Notes under the pieces: generated by a model
Told to the model about the DNA's origin: nothing
The model's input: the letters and a program-made list of their open reading frames with translations, nothing else
Database searches by the model: none
Assembly (NCBI GenBank): GCA_963754925.1
Contig: CAVWHX010000001.1
Coordinates: 192,001 to 256,000 of the forward strand
DNA from: an uncultured delta proteobacterium
GTDB lineage: Bacteria; Myxococcota; B64-G9
Length of the DNA: 64,000 nucleotides
Direction of reading: 5' to 3'
Translations under genes and position numbers: made by a program
Part shown: piece after piece, positions 39,793 to 50,111 of the stretch
Numbering within the stretch: position 1 is the stretch's first letter
Layout: every line of letters starts with the position of its first letter

Positions 39793-40544
39793 CTGACTTA
39801 CGGTTGCAGAAGTTCATGGCAGCGGCCGGAGTCGCATCGAGGCGGGAGGCCGAACGGTTGATCCAGGCAGGCAGGGTGTCGGTTAATGGACGGCGGGTGA
39901 CCATGCTGGGTACCCGGGTTGATCCCGATCGTGACCGGGTCGCCCTCGATGGAAAGCCGGTACAGGCAACGCAAAAATCTCTTTACCTCATGTTGCACAA
40001 ACCGCGCGGGGTGATTGCGACGGCGTATGATCCTCGCGGGCGGACGACCATCATGGATGTACTGGGCGACCGGGGTATGCGCCGGGGCGCCCGCCGGGTA
40101 TTTCATGTCGGACGACTGGACTACAATTCGGAGGGGCTGTTGCTGCTCACCAACGACGGCGCCCTGGCGATGGCCCTGACCCATCCATCGCACGCGGTAC
40201 CGCGGGTGTACCGGGCGCGGGTTCAAGGAGCGGTCCCCGAAAAGGTCCTGCAACGGCTGGTGAAAGGCATTAAGCTTGAGGACGGGCCGGTTGCCGTGGT
40301 ATCGGCCGAGGTTCTGAAAAACAACCCTCGCTCGACCTGGATTGAAGTTACCGTAGTTGAGGGAAGAAACCATCTAGTACGTCGGCTCTTTCAAGCGGTC
40401 GGGTATTCGGTGTTGCGACTGATCCGGGTTGCGTATGGCGGGGTCGAGCTCGGCGATCTTCCCTGCGGTCAGGCGCGTCCGCTAACCGAGGAAGAGATTG
40501 AAATGTTGAAAGGATGGGGAAACGATTCCAATGTTTTTCCTTGA
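39789..40544 (+). CDS. rluB: 23S rRNA pseudouridine synthase (RluB/RsuA family)
   Basis: S4 domain, GRLDYNSEGLLLLTNDG and EGRNH motifs; it follows scpB. Confidence 0.9.
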   Translation: MTDLRLQKFMAAAGVASRREAERLIQAGRVSVNGRRVTMLGTRVDPDRDRVALDGKPVQATQKSLYLMLHKPRGVIATAYDPRGRTTIMDVLGDRGMRRGARRVFHVGRLDYNSEGLLLLTNDGALAMALTHPSHAVPRVYRARVQGAVPEKVLQRLVKGIKLEDGPVAVVSAEVLKNNPRSTWIEVTVVEGRNHLVRRLFQAVGYSVLRLIRVAYGGVELGDLPCGQARPLTEEEIEMLKGWGNDSNVFP

Positions 40545-40581
40545 TTGGCGGATTTCGTTAGGTTATGTAAGGCAAGCTCGC

Positions 40582-40653
40582 GGGCGCTTAACTCAGCGGG
40601 AGAGTGCCATCCTCACACGGTGGAAGTCGACAGTTCGAATCTGTCAGCGCCCA
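40582..40653 (+). tRNA. tRNA-Val(CAC)
   Basis: GGGCGCT/AGCGCCC acceptor stem, CCATC-CTCACAC-GGTGG anticodon arm and GTTCGAATC. Confidence 0.96.
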
Positions 40654-40770
40654 TATGAGCCCGTTAGCGAACGAAGTGAGCTTACGGGCTCATATCCTTG
40701 GCGCGAAGCGACAAGGATAAAGAATATTGTCCATGAGGTAAGCGTTACCGCCTCTTATCCCCGATGGAGA
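40653..40770 (+). repeat. REP-like double-hairpin element, copy E (abutting tRNA 3' end) plus a degraded unit
   Basis: ATATGAGCCCGT-T-AGC-GA-AC-GAA-GT-GA-GCT-T-ACGGGCTCATAT, then TATCCTTGGCGC-GAA-GCGACAAGGATA, then ...CCTCTTATCCCCGA. Confidence 0.8.
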
Positions 40771-40876
40771 TTGGATATTTTACCTTCTCATGGTGAGCTA
40801 GGGACGAGCCTACATACAGCCGACCTTTTTTTTGATCTCGCTGCCCGTCGGTTCTTATAATCCCCCCGGGAAAAGC

Positions 40877-42589
40877 ATGAGAACAAGACTTCGCAATGCC
40901 CTTCAAGCGGCTATCCTACGTCGATGTGAATTGAAACCGGAAGATCTGCCGGCCGTTACTGTCGAGGTGCCACACCTTGAAAGCCACGGAGATTTTGCCA
41001 CCAATGCCGCCTTGGCGTTGGCTCGTCTCATTCGAAAACCACCACGCCAAATCGCGCAATGGTTGTGCGAGGACCTCCGCGACCTCGATTTTGTCGAGCG
41101 CGTTGAGGTTGCCGGTCCTGGCTTTGTCAACGTCTTCATACGCCCCGAGGCCTGGCGCGGCGTGGTGTCGGAGATAGCGGCCGCAGGTGTGGATTTTGGC
41201 CGCAGCAGGATCGAGCGGCCTGAATCGGTGATGGTGGAGTTTGTGTCGGCCAACCCCACCGGGCCGTTGCACGTTGGACACGGGCGCGGCGCCGTTATCG
41301 GCGATGCGCTCGCAAGCTTAATTGCGGTAACCGGTCACCGCGTGTATCGGGAGTTCTATGTCAACGATGCAGGCAACCAGGTACGTAATTTGGTCCTCTC
41401 GGTTCTCTACCATGTGCGCACCAAACGAGGGCTGTCGACCACCTTTCCCGAGGAGGGTTACCGGGGTGCGTACGTCGCGGATCTTGCCGATCAGGTGCCG
41501 TCTCAGTTGACGGTGTTCTTGCCGAATGAACCAAGCCAAGCAGATCTTGAGGCTATCCAGGAGTTCTGCGTTAAACAAATGTTGGCTGCCATTCGGGAGG
41601 ATCTGGCCTCGTTTGGGGTGCGCATGGATCGTTATTCCTCCGAATGCGACCTGCTGCAGAGTGGCCGATTGCAGGAGACGTTCGCTGAACTTGATAAACG
41701 CAAAACGATTCAAATGAGCGAAGGGGCGCGCTGGTTTCTCGCTGATCAATTTGGCGATGAGAAACCGCGCGTATTGGTCAAAAGTGACGGCAGTAACACG
41801 TACTTTGCGACCGATGTCGCCTATCACCTTGACAAACTGCGTCGCGGGTTCGATCGGCTCATCAACATCTGGGGCGCTGACCATCACGGATACATTCCAC
41901 GCCTCAAAGCGGCCCTCAAAGCCCTCGGGCACCCTCCCGAAAAGCTGGAAGTGTTGCTCGTCCAGATGGTCAGTTTATTGCGTGCCGGCCAACCCGTGCT
42001 GCTTTCCAAGCGGGCAGGGGAGATCATCAGCATGCGCGAAGTCGTCGAGGAAGTGGGCCCGGACGCCGCCAGATTTTTCTTTTTGATGCGCAGCAGCGAT
42101 AGCCAAATGGAATTTGATTTAGAACTGGCGAAAAAGCACTCCCTCGACAATCCCGTTTTCTATGTTCAGTACGGTCATGCACGGCTTTCAAGCATTCTGG
42201 CAAAAGCGGCGGAGCGCGGTATTCCGGTACCGGTGCTGGATGACGTTAGTACGATTGATCTGAGCCCGCTCGAATCGGCGGATGAGCTGCAGATGATCAA
42301 AAAGATGGCGGACTATCCCGATATGCTGCGGCGGGCGGCCGAGAACCGCGCTCCCCATCTGGTGGTATTCTATGTACAAGAGATGGTGGCCACCTTCCAC
42401 CGCTACTACACCACCGGCAGTCGCACCAACCCCATTTTGGGGGGCGACCCGAAGCAGATCGCAGCCCGACTGGCGTTCGTGCTCGCGCTCCGCCAAGTTA
42501 TTCGTAATGCGCTGACGGTCTTGGGAGTCTCGGCGCCCGACCGGATGGAAAGTTTAGCGGTAGCCGACGAACAGCAGGCGCCGGAATGA
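40877..42589 (+). CDS. argS: Arginyl-tRNA synthetase
   Basis: HGDFATN, EFVSANPTGPLHVGHGRGA, GADHHGY and NPVFYVQYGHAR motifs. Confidence 0.98.
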   Translation: MRTRLRNALQAAILRRCELKPEDLPAVTVEVPHLESHGDFATNAALALARLIRKPPRQIAQWLCEDLRDLDFVERVEVAGPGFVNVFIRPEAWRGVVSEIAAAGVDFGRSRIERPESVMVEFVSANPTGPLHVGHGRGAVIGDALASLIAVTGHRVYREFYVNDAGNQVRNLVLSVLYHVRTKRGLSTTFPEEGYRGAYVADLADQVPSQLTVFLPNEPSQADLEAIQEFCVKQMLAAIREDLASFGVRMDRYSSECDLLQSGRLQETFAELDKRKTIQMSEGARWFLADQFGDEKPRVLVKSDGSNTYFATDVAYHLDKLRRGFDRLINIWGADHHGYIPRLKAALKALGHPPEKLEVLLVQMVSLLRAGQPVLLSKRAGEIISMREVVEEVGPDAARFFFLMRSSDSQMEFDLELAKKHSLDNPVFYVQYGHARLSSILAKAAERGIPVPVLDDVSTIDLSPLESADELQMIKKMADYPDMLRRAAENRAPHLVVFYVQEMVATFHRYYTTGSRTNPILGGDPKQIAARLAFVLALRQVIRNALTVLGVSAPDRMESLAVADEQQAPE

Positions 42590-43206
42590 AGCGGGAGCGA
42601 AAACAGAACGACGGCCGCAAGGCCTTCGTGGTGCTCGCAATGCTTATCCTCGGCGGTCTGATTTTTGCGGCCGGCATGATGGTCGGTCAGCGTCTGATCC
42701 AATGCCCGGAACCAGCCTCGACCGACCTTCTCAAACAGCTCGACAAGATTTCCGCCCGGACACCCGTCGATAGTCGCGCACTCTCGTTTCCCGAGGCTCT
42801 CGACGGACCTCGTCCCAAACCTCCTCGTCGGCCGGAGACGACACCGCCAGCGTCGCTGGTTGAAGGTACGGTCGAAGCGACGGGGCGGTCCCCGACCGCG
42901 GAGCAAAAAGAAAAATCTACACCGACCGATGGTGGCGTGAAATCTTCCCCGTCGGCCAACACCGGTGGCCGCTACTGCATGCAGGTAGCCTCGTACCACG
43001 AGCGCGTCCAAGCTCAGGCGCTGGTCGACCGTCTTGTTAAGCAGGGCTATTCATCGGCGCGGGTGGTTGAAGGCACGACAAGTGATAAAGGTGTTGTGTA
43101 CCGGGTTCGGGTGGGGCATTTCACAAGCCGCGAGGATGCTGAGCGTCAAAAAGCGAAAACAGTTCGGGAGAAGAATCTCTCGGTACTTATTGTCACTGAA
43201 GAATAA
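42586..43206 (+). CDS. SPOR-domain protein (FtsN-like position)
   Basis: TM segment, Pro-rich linker and QVASY...YRVRVG; it follows argS. Confidence 0.88.
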   Translation: MKRERKQNDGRKAFVVLAMLILGGLIFAAGMMVGQRLIQCPEPASTDLLKQLDKISARTPVDSRALSFPEALDGPRPKPPRRPETTPPASLVEGTVEATGRSPTAEQKEKSTPTDGGVKSSPSANTGGRYCMQVASYHERVQAQALVDRLVKQGYSSARVVEGTTSDKGVVYRVRVGHFTSREDAERQKAKTVREKNLSVLIVTEE

Positions 43207-43211
43207 CGGGC

Positions 43212-43829
43212 TTACTTCTCATCCTCTTGTTGTATCCATGTATCGATGTTGCCGTCGCCGTCCTCATCCAACCCAACCCGATCCAGTTTGCCGTCGATAT
43301 AGTACTCCCAACGATCAACTCGGCCGTTGAAATCTCGATCCCGTTCGGTGCGAACGAGGACGTTTTTCTCATAGAACTTCCAGTAATCCGGCTTGCCGTC
43401 AAAATTCAAATCATACTCCTGACGGACCTTTTGCCCATTTTGATAGAAGGTGGTGACATCAAATTTGCCGTCAAAATCTAAATCGAGTTCGTCCTTGATG
43501 ACCTCACCCTTGAAGTTGTAAAACCGCCGTATGTCCACCTTGCCATCAAAGTTAAAATCCCATTCCTTTTTAAGAAGCACAATCTTGGTTTCCTTGGGAT
43601 TGTCGGGATTGGTCATGGGGCCATAGGTGGCCCAGACGTCGGGTTTGTTATCGTGGTTGAGGTCAAAGACCTCGACTCTCTCTCCCGATCCGAGTTTTCC
43701 GGTTCCGCTTGGCGATGTCGCATCCGAGGAGACGATATTTTTTTGCGCACCTCCGCAGCTCCCCAACACAATCGTTAACGCTAGCACGATACCTATATTG
43801 TGGCGGACGAAATTTCGCATGCGATTCAC
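43212..43829 (-). CDS. Lipoprotein with six DxDxDG-type (Ca-binding-like) repeats
   Basis: Lipobox LGSC, then DLNHDNKPD, DFNFDGKVD, DLDFDGKFD, DLNFDGKPD, DRDFNGRVD and DEDGDGNID. Confidence 0.8.
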   Translation of the reverse strand: MNRMRNFVRHNIGIVLALTIVLGSCGGAQKNIVSSDATSPSGTGKLGSGERVEVFDLNHDNKPDVWATYGPMTNPDNPKETKIVLLKKEWDFNFDGKVDIRRFYNFKGEVIKDELDLDFDGKFDVTTFYQNGQKVRQEYDLNFDGKPDYWKFYEKNVLVRTERDRDFNGRVDRWEYYIDGKLDRVGLDEDGDGNIDTWIQQEDEK

Positions 43830-43967
43830 CCCTCGTCACGTCAAGAAAAAAACACTCACGTTCCTCGACCAACGATCACGATACAGTATAGAATTTTCGG
43901 ATGGAGCATTCAAGTAAAAAGCTTATTCCTGCTTACCATTCCCGCTTCCAGTCGCGCGTTATATATA

Positions 43968-46295
43968 TCATTTTGATCGTCCTGCCAGGTGATTTATGCC
44001 CGAAACTCCCGCGCAGAGAAACGCAATCCACAGGCAGGCGGTATCTCGGCCAAGTGTTGGGACCAGGACTACGCCAGTGAGCAGGGATCCCAGTGCTGCG
44101 CCGAGGTGATCGACGGCGTCGAGTGTTCCGGCTGTCCTGCCGAGCGGCAGCCCGGCATGCAACGCGAGCGAGCTTCCGAGCGGAAACAATACCCCGGTTC
44201 CGATGCCGGTCAGGACGACCAGACTAAACAACCATATTCTTCCCAACCAGTCGGGAACGTTTTGTATCAGCCAGGGAGCTTGGAGCACCGGCAGCAGTGC
44301 GGTGAAACCGGATAGTATCAATAGGCCAAAGACCAACTGATGCGCCTTGGGTTCAACACGACGGAGGGTTCGATTGATCCACAACCCGCCCCCCGCCAAA
44401 CCAATCATAAACGCCGCTACGATGAGGCCAATCTCATGGTAAAGACTGCCAAACACTGACTGATAAGAAAAAATCAAAATCAATTCGATCGCAAGACCGA
44501 GGGCTCCCACCATACCGATGCTGACGGCCGAAACACGAAAGAGTCGTTTGTGATGAGGCGCTCTACGGAGGTACAGCCACAGCGCGCCAAGTATCATAAC
44601 GGCAAGTATAAACCAGGCATAAACCGGTATGCCGTTTATCGCCCCTAATACGGCCTCGAGCTGGCCGCCCTCCATGCGACCCCAGCGCATGAGCCCAAAT
44701 ACAAAGGACACCGGGTGTTGATCGGTGTTGGGAATGGCCGTTACCGCGGCAAGTTGCGATTGTAAGTCGGCAAGCTGTTCGGAGGTGAAGAGGCTGTTGA
44801 ATTGTACCGGCGCAAATAGCCTATCGTTCACGCCGCTTTTCTGGAAGCGCTCGATGAGCGCGCCGGGTGCATCAAGGATATTCTCGGCCGTGTCGCTTGC
44901 GACCGCGAAGGTTTCGCCCCCGGGTATGAGAAGAACTTTTTTGAAGATTGTTCTAAGGCTCGTTTCGATGCTCTTTACCAACGATGCGGTCTCGGGATCA
45001 AGTTGATTGAAGGACGAAGAAATTCGGGTGACCAAAACGCCGTCTGGCGCCAGGTGAGCCTTACAGAGTTGAAAGAACTCGATGGTAAAGGATCTGTTTT
45101 CGGCCGCCGTCATCGGGTCCGGCGGATCGGAAAAGATCACATCCCAGCGTTTGTTGGCCTCGCGCAGGAATCGGCGCGCATCGGTCGGATAGAGGTGAAC
45201 GCGGTTGTCGTCAAGAGCCCTGGTGCTTTCGCTTGAAAGAAATGGTTTCACCAGGTCGATGACCGTTGCGTCCAGCTCGACCACATCCAAGCTCTCGATG
45301 CGATGGAAGAGCAAGGCCGGTAGGAGCTCAAACGACGCGGTTCCCAGCAGCAAGACCTGCCGGGGAGCGCGATGCTCGGTCAACGCCAGGTGGGCGCGCG
45401 GTCTCGCGCGGTACGGATCGGGGAAAGTGGCCAGCAACTTGCCGGCGGCGTAGAGACTGAACTGGTTGTCTTGGCTTGCCAGATCAAGGTGCTGGTACGG
45501 CGATTCAGCCCACGCAACGCGCTTGCCGCCGGTGCCCATTGCGTCGAAACGTTCTTTGGCCGCGTAGGCATCCCCTGCAGAAAACCAACCAGCGGCAAGC
45601 CCGACTACGAGCGGTATCGTACCGATTATAAGCAACCCGCTCAATACGCGGGATCGTGCGCGCCCGGTCGGGTAGTAGATCGACCGCGCCAGCCCAAGAG
45701 AAAGGATTATTGCAGCCACGGTCAATAGCTCGAAGGCGGAAAGCTTGCCGATAAGCAGGACGCTGACTAACAAACCACCAAAAATTGCCCCGATCGACTC
45801 GATGACATACACCCGGCCGATGAGGGTAGCATCGGTCTCGTCATGGATTGTTTGGCAGGCCAGCGGGAAACTAAGCCCAAAGAGCATGGATAGAGGTGTG
45901 ATCAAAAGCATGCTGCTCTGGAGCAGCGTGAGTAGTCCTGGTACCTCTCCGACAGGTGTCCCCAAGATACCGCGCCAGTGCCGTAGCAGCATCACCAGGA
46001 CACCAGGAATGGCCGTCAAGAGTAATCCAACGATCGTCAGGAGGGCGCTACTCCCTTTGCGATTCAGGCGTCCGCCGAACCAAGCGCCGCACAGAATGCC
46101 CACAAACCATGCCCCCATTACCACGCCCAGGGTGAGTTCGTTGCCGGAAAAGACCGTCAGAATCTCGCGGATCAACACCACCTGCGAAATGCTGCTGCTG
46201 CAGCCAAGCGCAAATAGCAACAACGCCAAACGGCGCAACGTGACGTTGGATGATGCTGCTTGGGTGTAGGTCAATTCTCCCTCCGGAGACCACAA
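43968..46295 (-). CDS. Membrane-fused spermidine synthase-like protein
   Basis: TM blocks flank ESPYQ, VVELD, DARRF, WDVIFSDPPDP and FTIEFF motifs. Confidence 0.85.
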   Translation of the reverse strand: MWSPEGELTYTQAASSNVTLRRLALLLFALGCSSSISQVVLIREILTVFSGNELTLGVVMGAWFVGILCGAWFGGRLNRKGSSALLTIVGLLLTAIPGVLVMLLRHWRGILGTPVGEVPGLLTLLQSSMLLITPLSMLFGLSFPLACQTIHDETDATLIGRVYVIESIGAIFGGLLVSVLLIGKLSAFELLTVAAIILSLGLARSIYYPTGRARSRVLSGLLIIGTIPLVVGLAAGWFSAGDAYAAKERFDAMGTGGKRVAWAESPYQHLDLASQDNQFSLYAAGKLLATFPDPYRARPRAHLALTEHRAPRQVLLLGTASFELLPALLFHRIESLDVVELDATVIDLVKPFLSSESTRALDDNRVHLYPTDARRFLREANKRWDVIFSDPPDPMTAAENRSFTIEFFQLCKAHLAPDGVLVTRISSSFNQLDPETASLVKSIETSLRTIFKKVLLIPGGETFAVASDTAENILDAPGALIERFQKSGVNDRLFAPVQFNSLFTSEQLADLQSQLAAVTAIPNTDQHPVSFVFGLMRWGRMEGGQLEAVLGAINGIPVYAWFILAVMILGALWLYLRRAPHHKRLFRVSAVSIGMVGALGLAIELILIFSYQSVFGSLYHEIGLIVAAFMIGLAGGGLWINRTLRRVEPKAHQLVFGLLILSGFTALLPVLQAPWLIQNVPDWLGRIWLFSLVVLTGIGTGVLFPLGSSLALHAGLPLGRTAGTLDAVDHLGAALGSLLTGVVLVPTLGRDTACLWIAFLCAGVSGINHLAGRSK

Positions 46296-46454
46296 CTATG
46301 GTTCGGAGCTATTGAATATACACCATAGTAAAAAAAAGCATTTTCTCCTATTAACATTAAATGGTTACCACGTGCAGCCTCTGTGAGCGTTCTGACTTGA
46401 TTCGAGTCGAATTCTCTGAATATAACAAGCTGGAAGAAACAGTTGGAGGAAGTG

Positions 46455-47252
46455 ATGGAACAGGTAATGGTTGGAGATCTTGATGTTTGTTGCGAGGTCG
46501 TGGGCGATGGATATCCGTTAGTACTTATCATGGGGCTTACCGCAAACATGGACTGGTGGGACCCTGAACTGGTGGATACGCTCTCGAAGAACTATCGCGT
46601 GCTCATGTTCGATAACCGGGGCGCCGGACGGACGGTCACTCCCAAAGAGGGTGAGTTCAGCGCCGAGCTATTCGCTGACGACACGGCTAGTTTGATGAAA
46701 GCCAAAGGAATCGAGCGCGCAAACATACTGAGTATGTCGATGGGTGGGATGATTGCCCAGGAGCTGGCGCTCAAGTACCCCGAGAGAGTCAATAAGCTCG
46801 TGCTCAGCTGCACCTTCTGCGGCGGGAAACACATGGTTCAAGCAAGCAATGAGGTTCAGAAAATGTTGCTCGATCGTACTGGGGGCTACGAAGGCTTATT
46901 TGAGAGAGTCTTGAAGCTCATGTTTCCAAGGGATTACCTCGATGCGAACCCAGAATTCGTTGAGAGATTCAAGGAGCGCTTTCTTCGGGCGCCTACCGGT
47001 GCCTACAACGCGATGCGGCAATTCATGGCGTGCATGAGGGTAAGCACCTACGACCGTCTCTCTAAGATAACGCATCCCACCCTGGTTGCCTGCGGCACCG
47101 ATGACATACTCATACCACCCGAGAATTCGCGATTGATTGCGAAGCGCATACCGGGTGCGAAGCTCGTCGAATACCCGGGTTCGGGTCACGGTTTCATGAC
47201 CCAGGCGCGTAACGCTTTTCTTAACGATCTGCTGGGATTTCTTGCCGCTTGA
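46455..47252 (+). CDS. Alpha/beta hydrolase
   Basis: FDNRGAGR, nucleophile elbow SMSMGG, GTDD and GH motifs. Confidence 0.92.
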   Translation: MEQVMVGDLDVCCEVVGDGYPLVLIMGLTANMDWWDPELVDTLSKNYRVLMFDNRGAGRTVTPKEGEFSAELFADDTASLMKAKGIERANILSMSMGGMIAQELALKYPERVNKLVLSCTFCGGKHMVQASNEVQKMLLDRTGGYEGLFERVLKLMFPRDYLDANPEFVERFKERFLRAPTGAYNAMRQFMACMRVSTYDRLSKITHPTLVACGTDDILIPPENSRLIAKRIPGAKLVEYPGSGHGFMTQARNAFLNDLLGFLAA

Positions 47253-47270
47253 GCACCGTCTGGCAATCGA

Positions 47271-50027
47271 TTATTTGTCGCCCAAGGCTACGCTAACGCG
47301 TTCATAGAACGTCTTGATCGCCTTTTCGAGCAATGCCGGATCTCCTCCGCCCCCTTGAGCAAAATCTGCACGTCCGCCGCCACGCCCGCCGGTTATGCTG
47401 AACATAGCCTTGAGCACGTCGGAAGCCGACACCCGATCGGTCAGCTCCTTTGAAACGCTGCAAACCAGCGAGAGTCTGCCGTCCTCCTCGGCCGAAGCCA
47501 GTACCACCCCTCCGCCCAATTTGTCGCGTGATTGGTCGACGAAAGCCCTGAGGGAGGCAAGCTCAATCCCTTTGGTTTTGGTATAGAGCACCTTGACCCC
47601 TGCGATCACTCGCGGTTCTGGGTGCGAAACCTCTAGATTCCCCTCGACCGTGGAATGCGCACTAACGTTCGCTGCCAAGTTGACCTGTGTCTTGAGCAGA
47701 TCAACTTCTTTGCCAAGCTTGCGCTCGCGCTCGATCAGAACCTTGAGCCGTTCAAGCACCTGCGCCTCGGGAACTTTGAGGGCTACCTCGGCCTCATGCA
47801 CTATATTTTTCATCTTTTGAATGCGTTTGACTGCCCCTACACCGGTGACGGCTTCTATACGGCGCACTCCGGTTTGAACTGCACTTTGGTTCTCGATCAA
47901 AAACAACCCAATATCACCAGTGCGCTCGCTGTGTGTTCCGCCGCAAAGCTCAAGGCTATCACCCATGCGCACCATGCGGACCTTCTCACTATATTTCTCG
48001 CCAAAGAGCATCGTCGCACCGTGGGTGCGCGCATCGGCGATAGTGGTTACCGCAACTTGAATGGAACTATTTTGGCGGATGCGTGCGTTGACCGCAGCTT
48101 CAACCCGCTGCAGTTCCTCGTCGGACAGAGGTGCGAAGTGCGAAAAATCAAAACGCAAACGCTCGGGGGCGACCAATGAGCCTTTTTGATTGATATGTGC
48201 TCCCAGCACCTGTCGAAGCGCGGCCTGCAGCAGATGGGTGGCGGAATGATTGAGCCGGATCGATTGCCGGCGCTCGGCGTCGACCGTAAGGTGAACCCGG
48301 TCGCCATGCCGCAGGTTGCCCGTGATTATCCGCACACGGTGGACGGTAAGATCGGGCAAAGGACGGTAGGAATCCTCAACCTCGGCGCGGCACGGTGAAC
48401 TATCCACCGTTAGACTTCCGGTGTCACCGACCTGGCCGCCGCTCTCACCATAAAACGGCGTGCGGTTGACAATCACCTCGACAATCTTGTCGGTGTTGGC
48501 GGTTTCGACTGGTCGACGTTCAACGATCTGGAGCCGACCCTTTTCGTCCTTTTCCTCGCGTATCTCGAGAAGGGCGAGCACCACCCCATCGTCTTCAAGT
48601 TTCTCATAGCCGGTAAAAACGGTTGGTCCATGTTCGGTTAGGAGCCTTTTGAAAACATCGTCCACGCCTGAAAGTCCCAGGCCGCGCCCGCTGACCTCCT
48701 GGTGCTGCTCCCAGGCGTGTTGGTAGCCTGCCTGATCGATTTCGAAGCCCTGTTCCTTGGCGATCACCGCGGTCAGATCGGGCGGGAAGCCGTCGCGCGT
48801 TTGTAGATCAAAAATAAGTTTGCCGGGCAGGATTTTGATCGGATTAGAGCGCCGCTGCTCGACTTCTTTCAGAAGAAGCCTCATTCCATTGTCCAAGGTG
48901 CGGCGGAAGGTCTCTTCTTCCTGTTTGCTCGCCTGCTCGATCAAGGCCTGCTGGCTGGTAAGCTCTGGGTAGGCGGCGCCCATGATCTCCACTACTTTAA
49001 GACAAACCTGGTGGAAGAACGGTTCGTTCACCCCGAGCTTGGAACCGTGTCGGATGGCCCGGCGCATGATCCGACGTAAGACATAGCCGCGACCTTCATT
49101 GGATGGCAGCACCCCGTCCGCCAATAGAAAAGCTCCGGCGCGTGCGTGGTCGGCAATCACGCGCAGGGAAACATCAGTATCCTGATTCGCACCAACCTTG
49201 ACGCCGGCCAGGCGAGCCATCTCCCGAGTAAGCGGTATAAAAAGATCGGTATCGTAATTGGAGGTTACCCCCTGCAATATTGCGCATAGGCGTTCGAGAC
49301 CCATGCCCGTGTCTATAGACGGCGCCGGAAGCTTGATAAGGGTGCCGTCTGCCTTCCGTTCGAACTGCATGAAGACCAGGTTCCAGATTTCGATGTACCG
49401 ATCGCAGTCACAACCCGGCCCACGGCAGCCTGAGGCAACCGTGCACGGAACCCGATCGCTTTGATCGAAAAGAATCTCCGAGCATGGCCCGCACGGGCCG
49501 GTATCACCCATACTCCAAAAGTTGTCCTTTTTGCCAAAGCGCAGGATGCGCTCGGGGCGGGTACCCGCCTCGGTACGCCAGTACTCCACGGCTTCATCAT
49601 CGGCGGGCAGCCGCTCGTCGGTATCGCCGCCGAACACCGTCGCATACAGACGGTCCCGCGGCAGCTTGACCACGCCGGTGAGAAATTCCCACGCAAAGCG
49701 GATGGCGTCTCGCTTGAAATAATCGCCGAAAGAAAAATTACCCAACATCTCAAAAAAGGTATGGTGACGGGCGGTATAACCTACGTTTTCAAGGTCATTA
49801 TGTTTGCCGCCGGCGCGCAAGCACTTTTGGCTTGAGGTAGCGCGTCTGAAGTCGGACTTTTCTTTGCCCGTAAAAATGTCTTTGAATTGCACCATGCCGG
49901 CATTCGTAAACAACAGGGTCGGATCATTGGGAGGCACCAACGGGTAGGAAGGCACAATCCGGTGGCCCTGACTTTGAAAATACTTCAAAAAACGCGAACG
50001 AATTTCAGAGGATGAAAACATCTCCAT
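47271..50027 (-). CDS. alaS: Alanyl-tRNA synthetase
   Basis: LLFTNAGMVQFK, HHTFFEMLGNFSFGDYFK, NHSATH, ELCGGTH and GGRGGG motifs. Confidence 0.99.
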   Translation of the reverse strand: MEMFSSSEIRSRFLKYFQSQGHRIVPSYPLVPPNDPTLLFTNAGMVQFKDIFTGKEKSDFRRATSSQKCLRAGGKHNDLENVGYTARHHTFFEMLGNFSFGDYFKRDAIRFAWEFLTGVVKLPRDRLYATVFGGDTDERLPADDEAVEYWRTEAGTRPERILRFGKKDNFWSMGDTGPCGPCSEILFDQSDRVPCTVASGCRGPGCDCDRYIEIWNLVFMQFERKADGTLIKLPAPSIDTGMGLERLCAILQGVTSNYDTDLFIPLTREMARLAGVKVGANQDTDVSLRVIADHARAGAFLLADGVLPSNEGRGYVLRRIMRRAIRHGSKLGVNEPFFHQVCLKVVEIMGAAYPELTSQQALIEQASKQEEETFRRTLDNGMRLLLKEVEQRRSNPIKILPGKLIFDLQTRDGFPPDLTAVIAKEQGFEIDQAGYQHAWEQHQEVSGRGLGLSGVDDVFKRLLTEHGPTVFTGYEKLEDDGVVLALLEIREEKDEKGRLQIVERRPVETANTDKIVEVIVNRTPFYGESGGQVGDTGSLTVDSSPCRAEVEDSYRPLPDLTVHRVRIITGNLRHGDRVHLTVDAERRQSIRLNHSATHLLQAALRQVLGAHINQKGSLVAPERLRFDFSHFAPLSDEELQRVEAAVNARIRQNSSIQVAVTTIADARTHGATMLFGEKYSEKVRMVRMGDSLELCGGTHSERTGDIGLFLIENQSAVQTGVRRIEAVTGVGAVKRIQKMKNIVHEAEVALKVPEAQVLERLKVLIERERKLGKEVDLLKTQVNLAANVSAHSTVEGNLEVSHPEPRVIAGVKVLYTKTKGIELASLRAFVDQSRDKLGGGVVLASAEEDGRLSLVCSVSKELTDRVSASDVLKAMFSITGGRGGGRADFAQGGGGDPALLEKAIKTFYERVSVALGDK

Positions 50028-50111
50028 GCCACACTCCGGATTACAACCTTATATCGCCGATGCTCAGGGGCTGATAGGCATAGCACCCACCACCATTGAA
50101 ACAACCCGCGG

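Noticed and set aside
40720..40876. T-box leader before argS (also considered for alaS and trpS)
   Set aside because: I found no intact T-box motif followed by a terminator. The structure present is explained by the repeat family.
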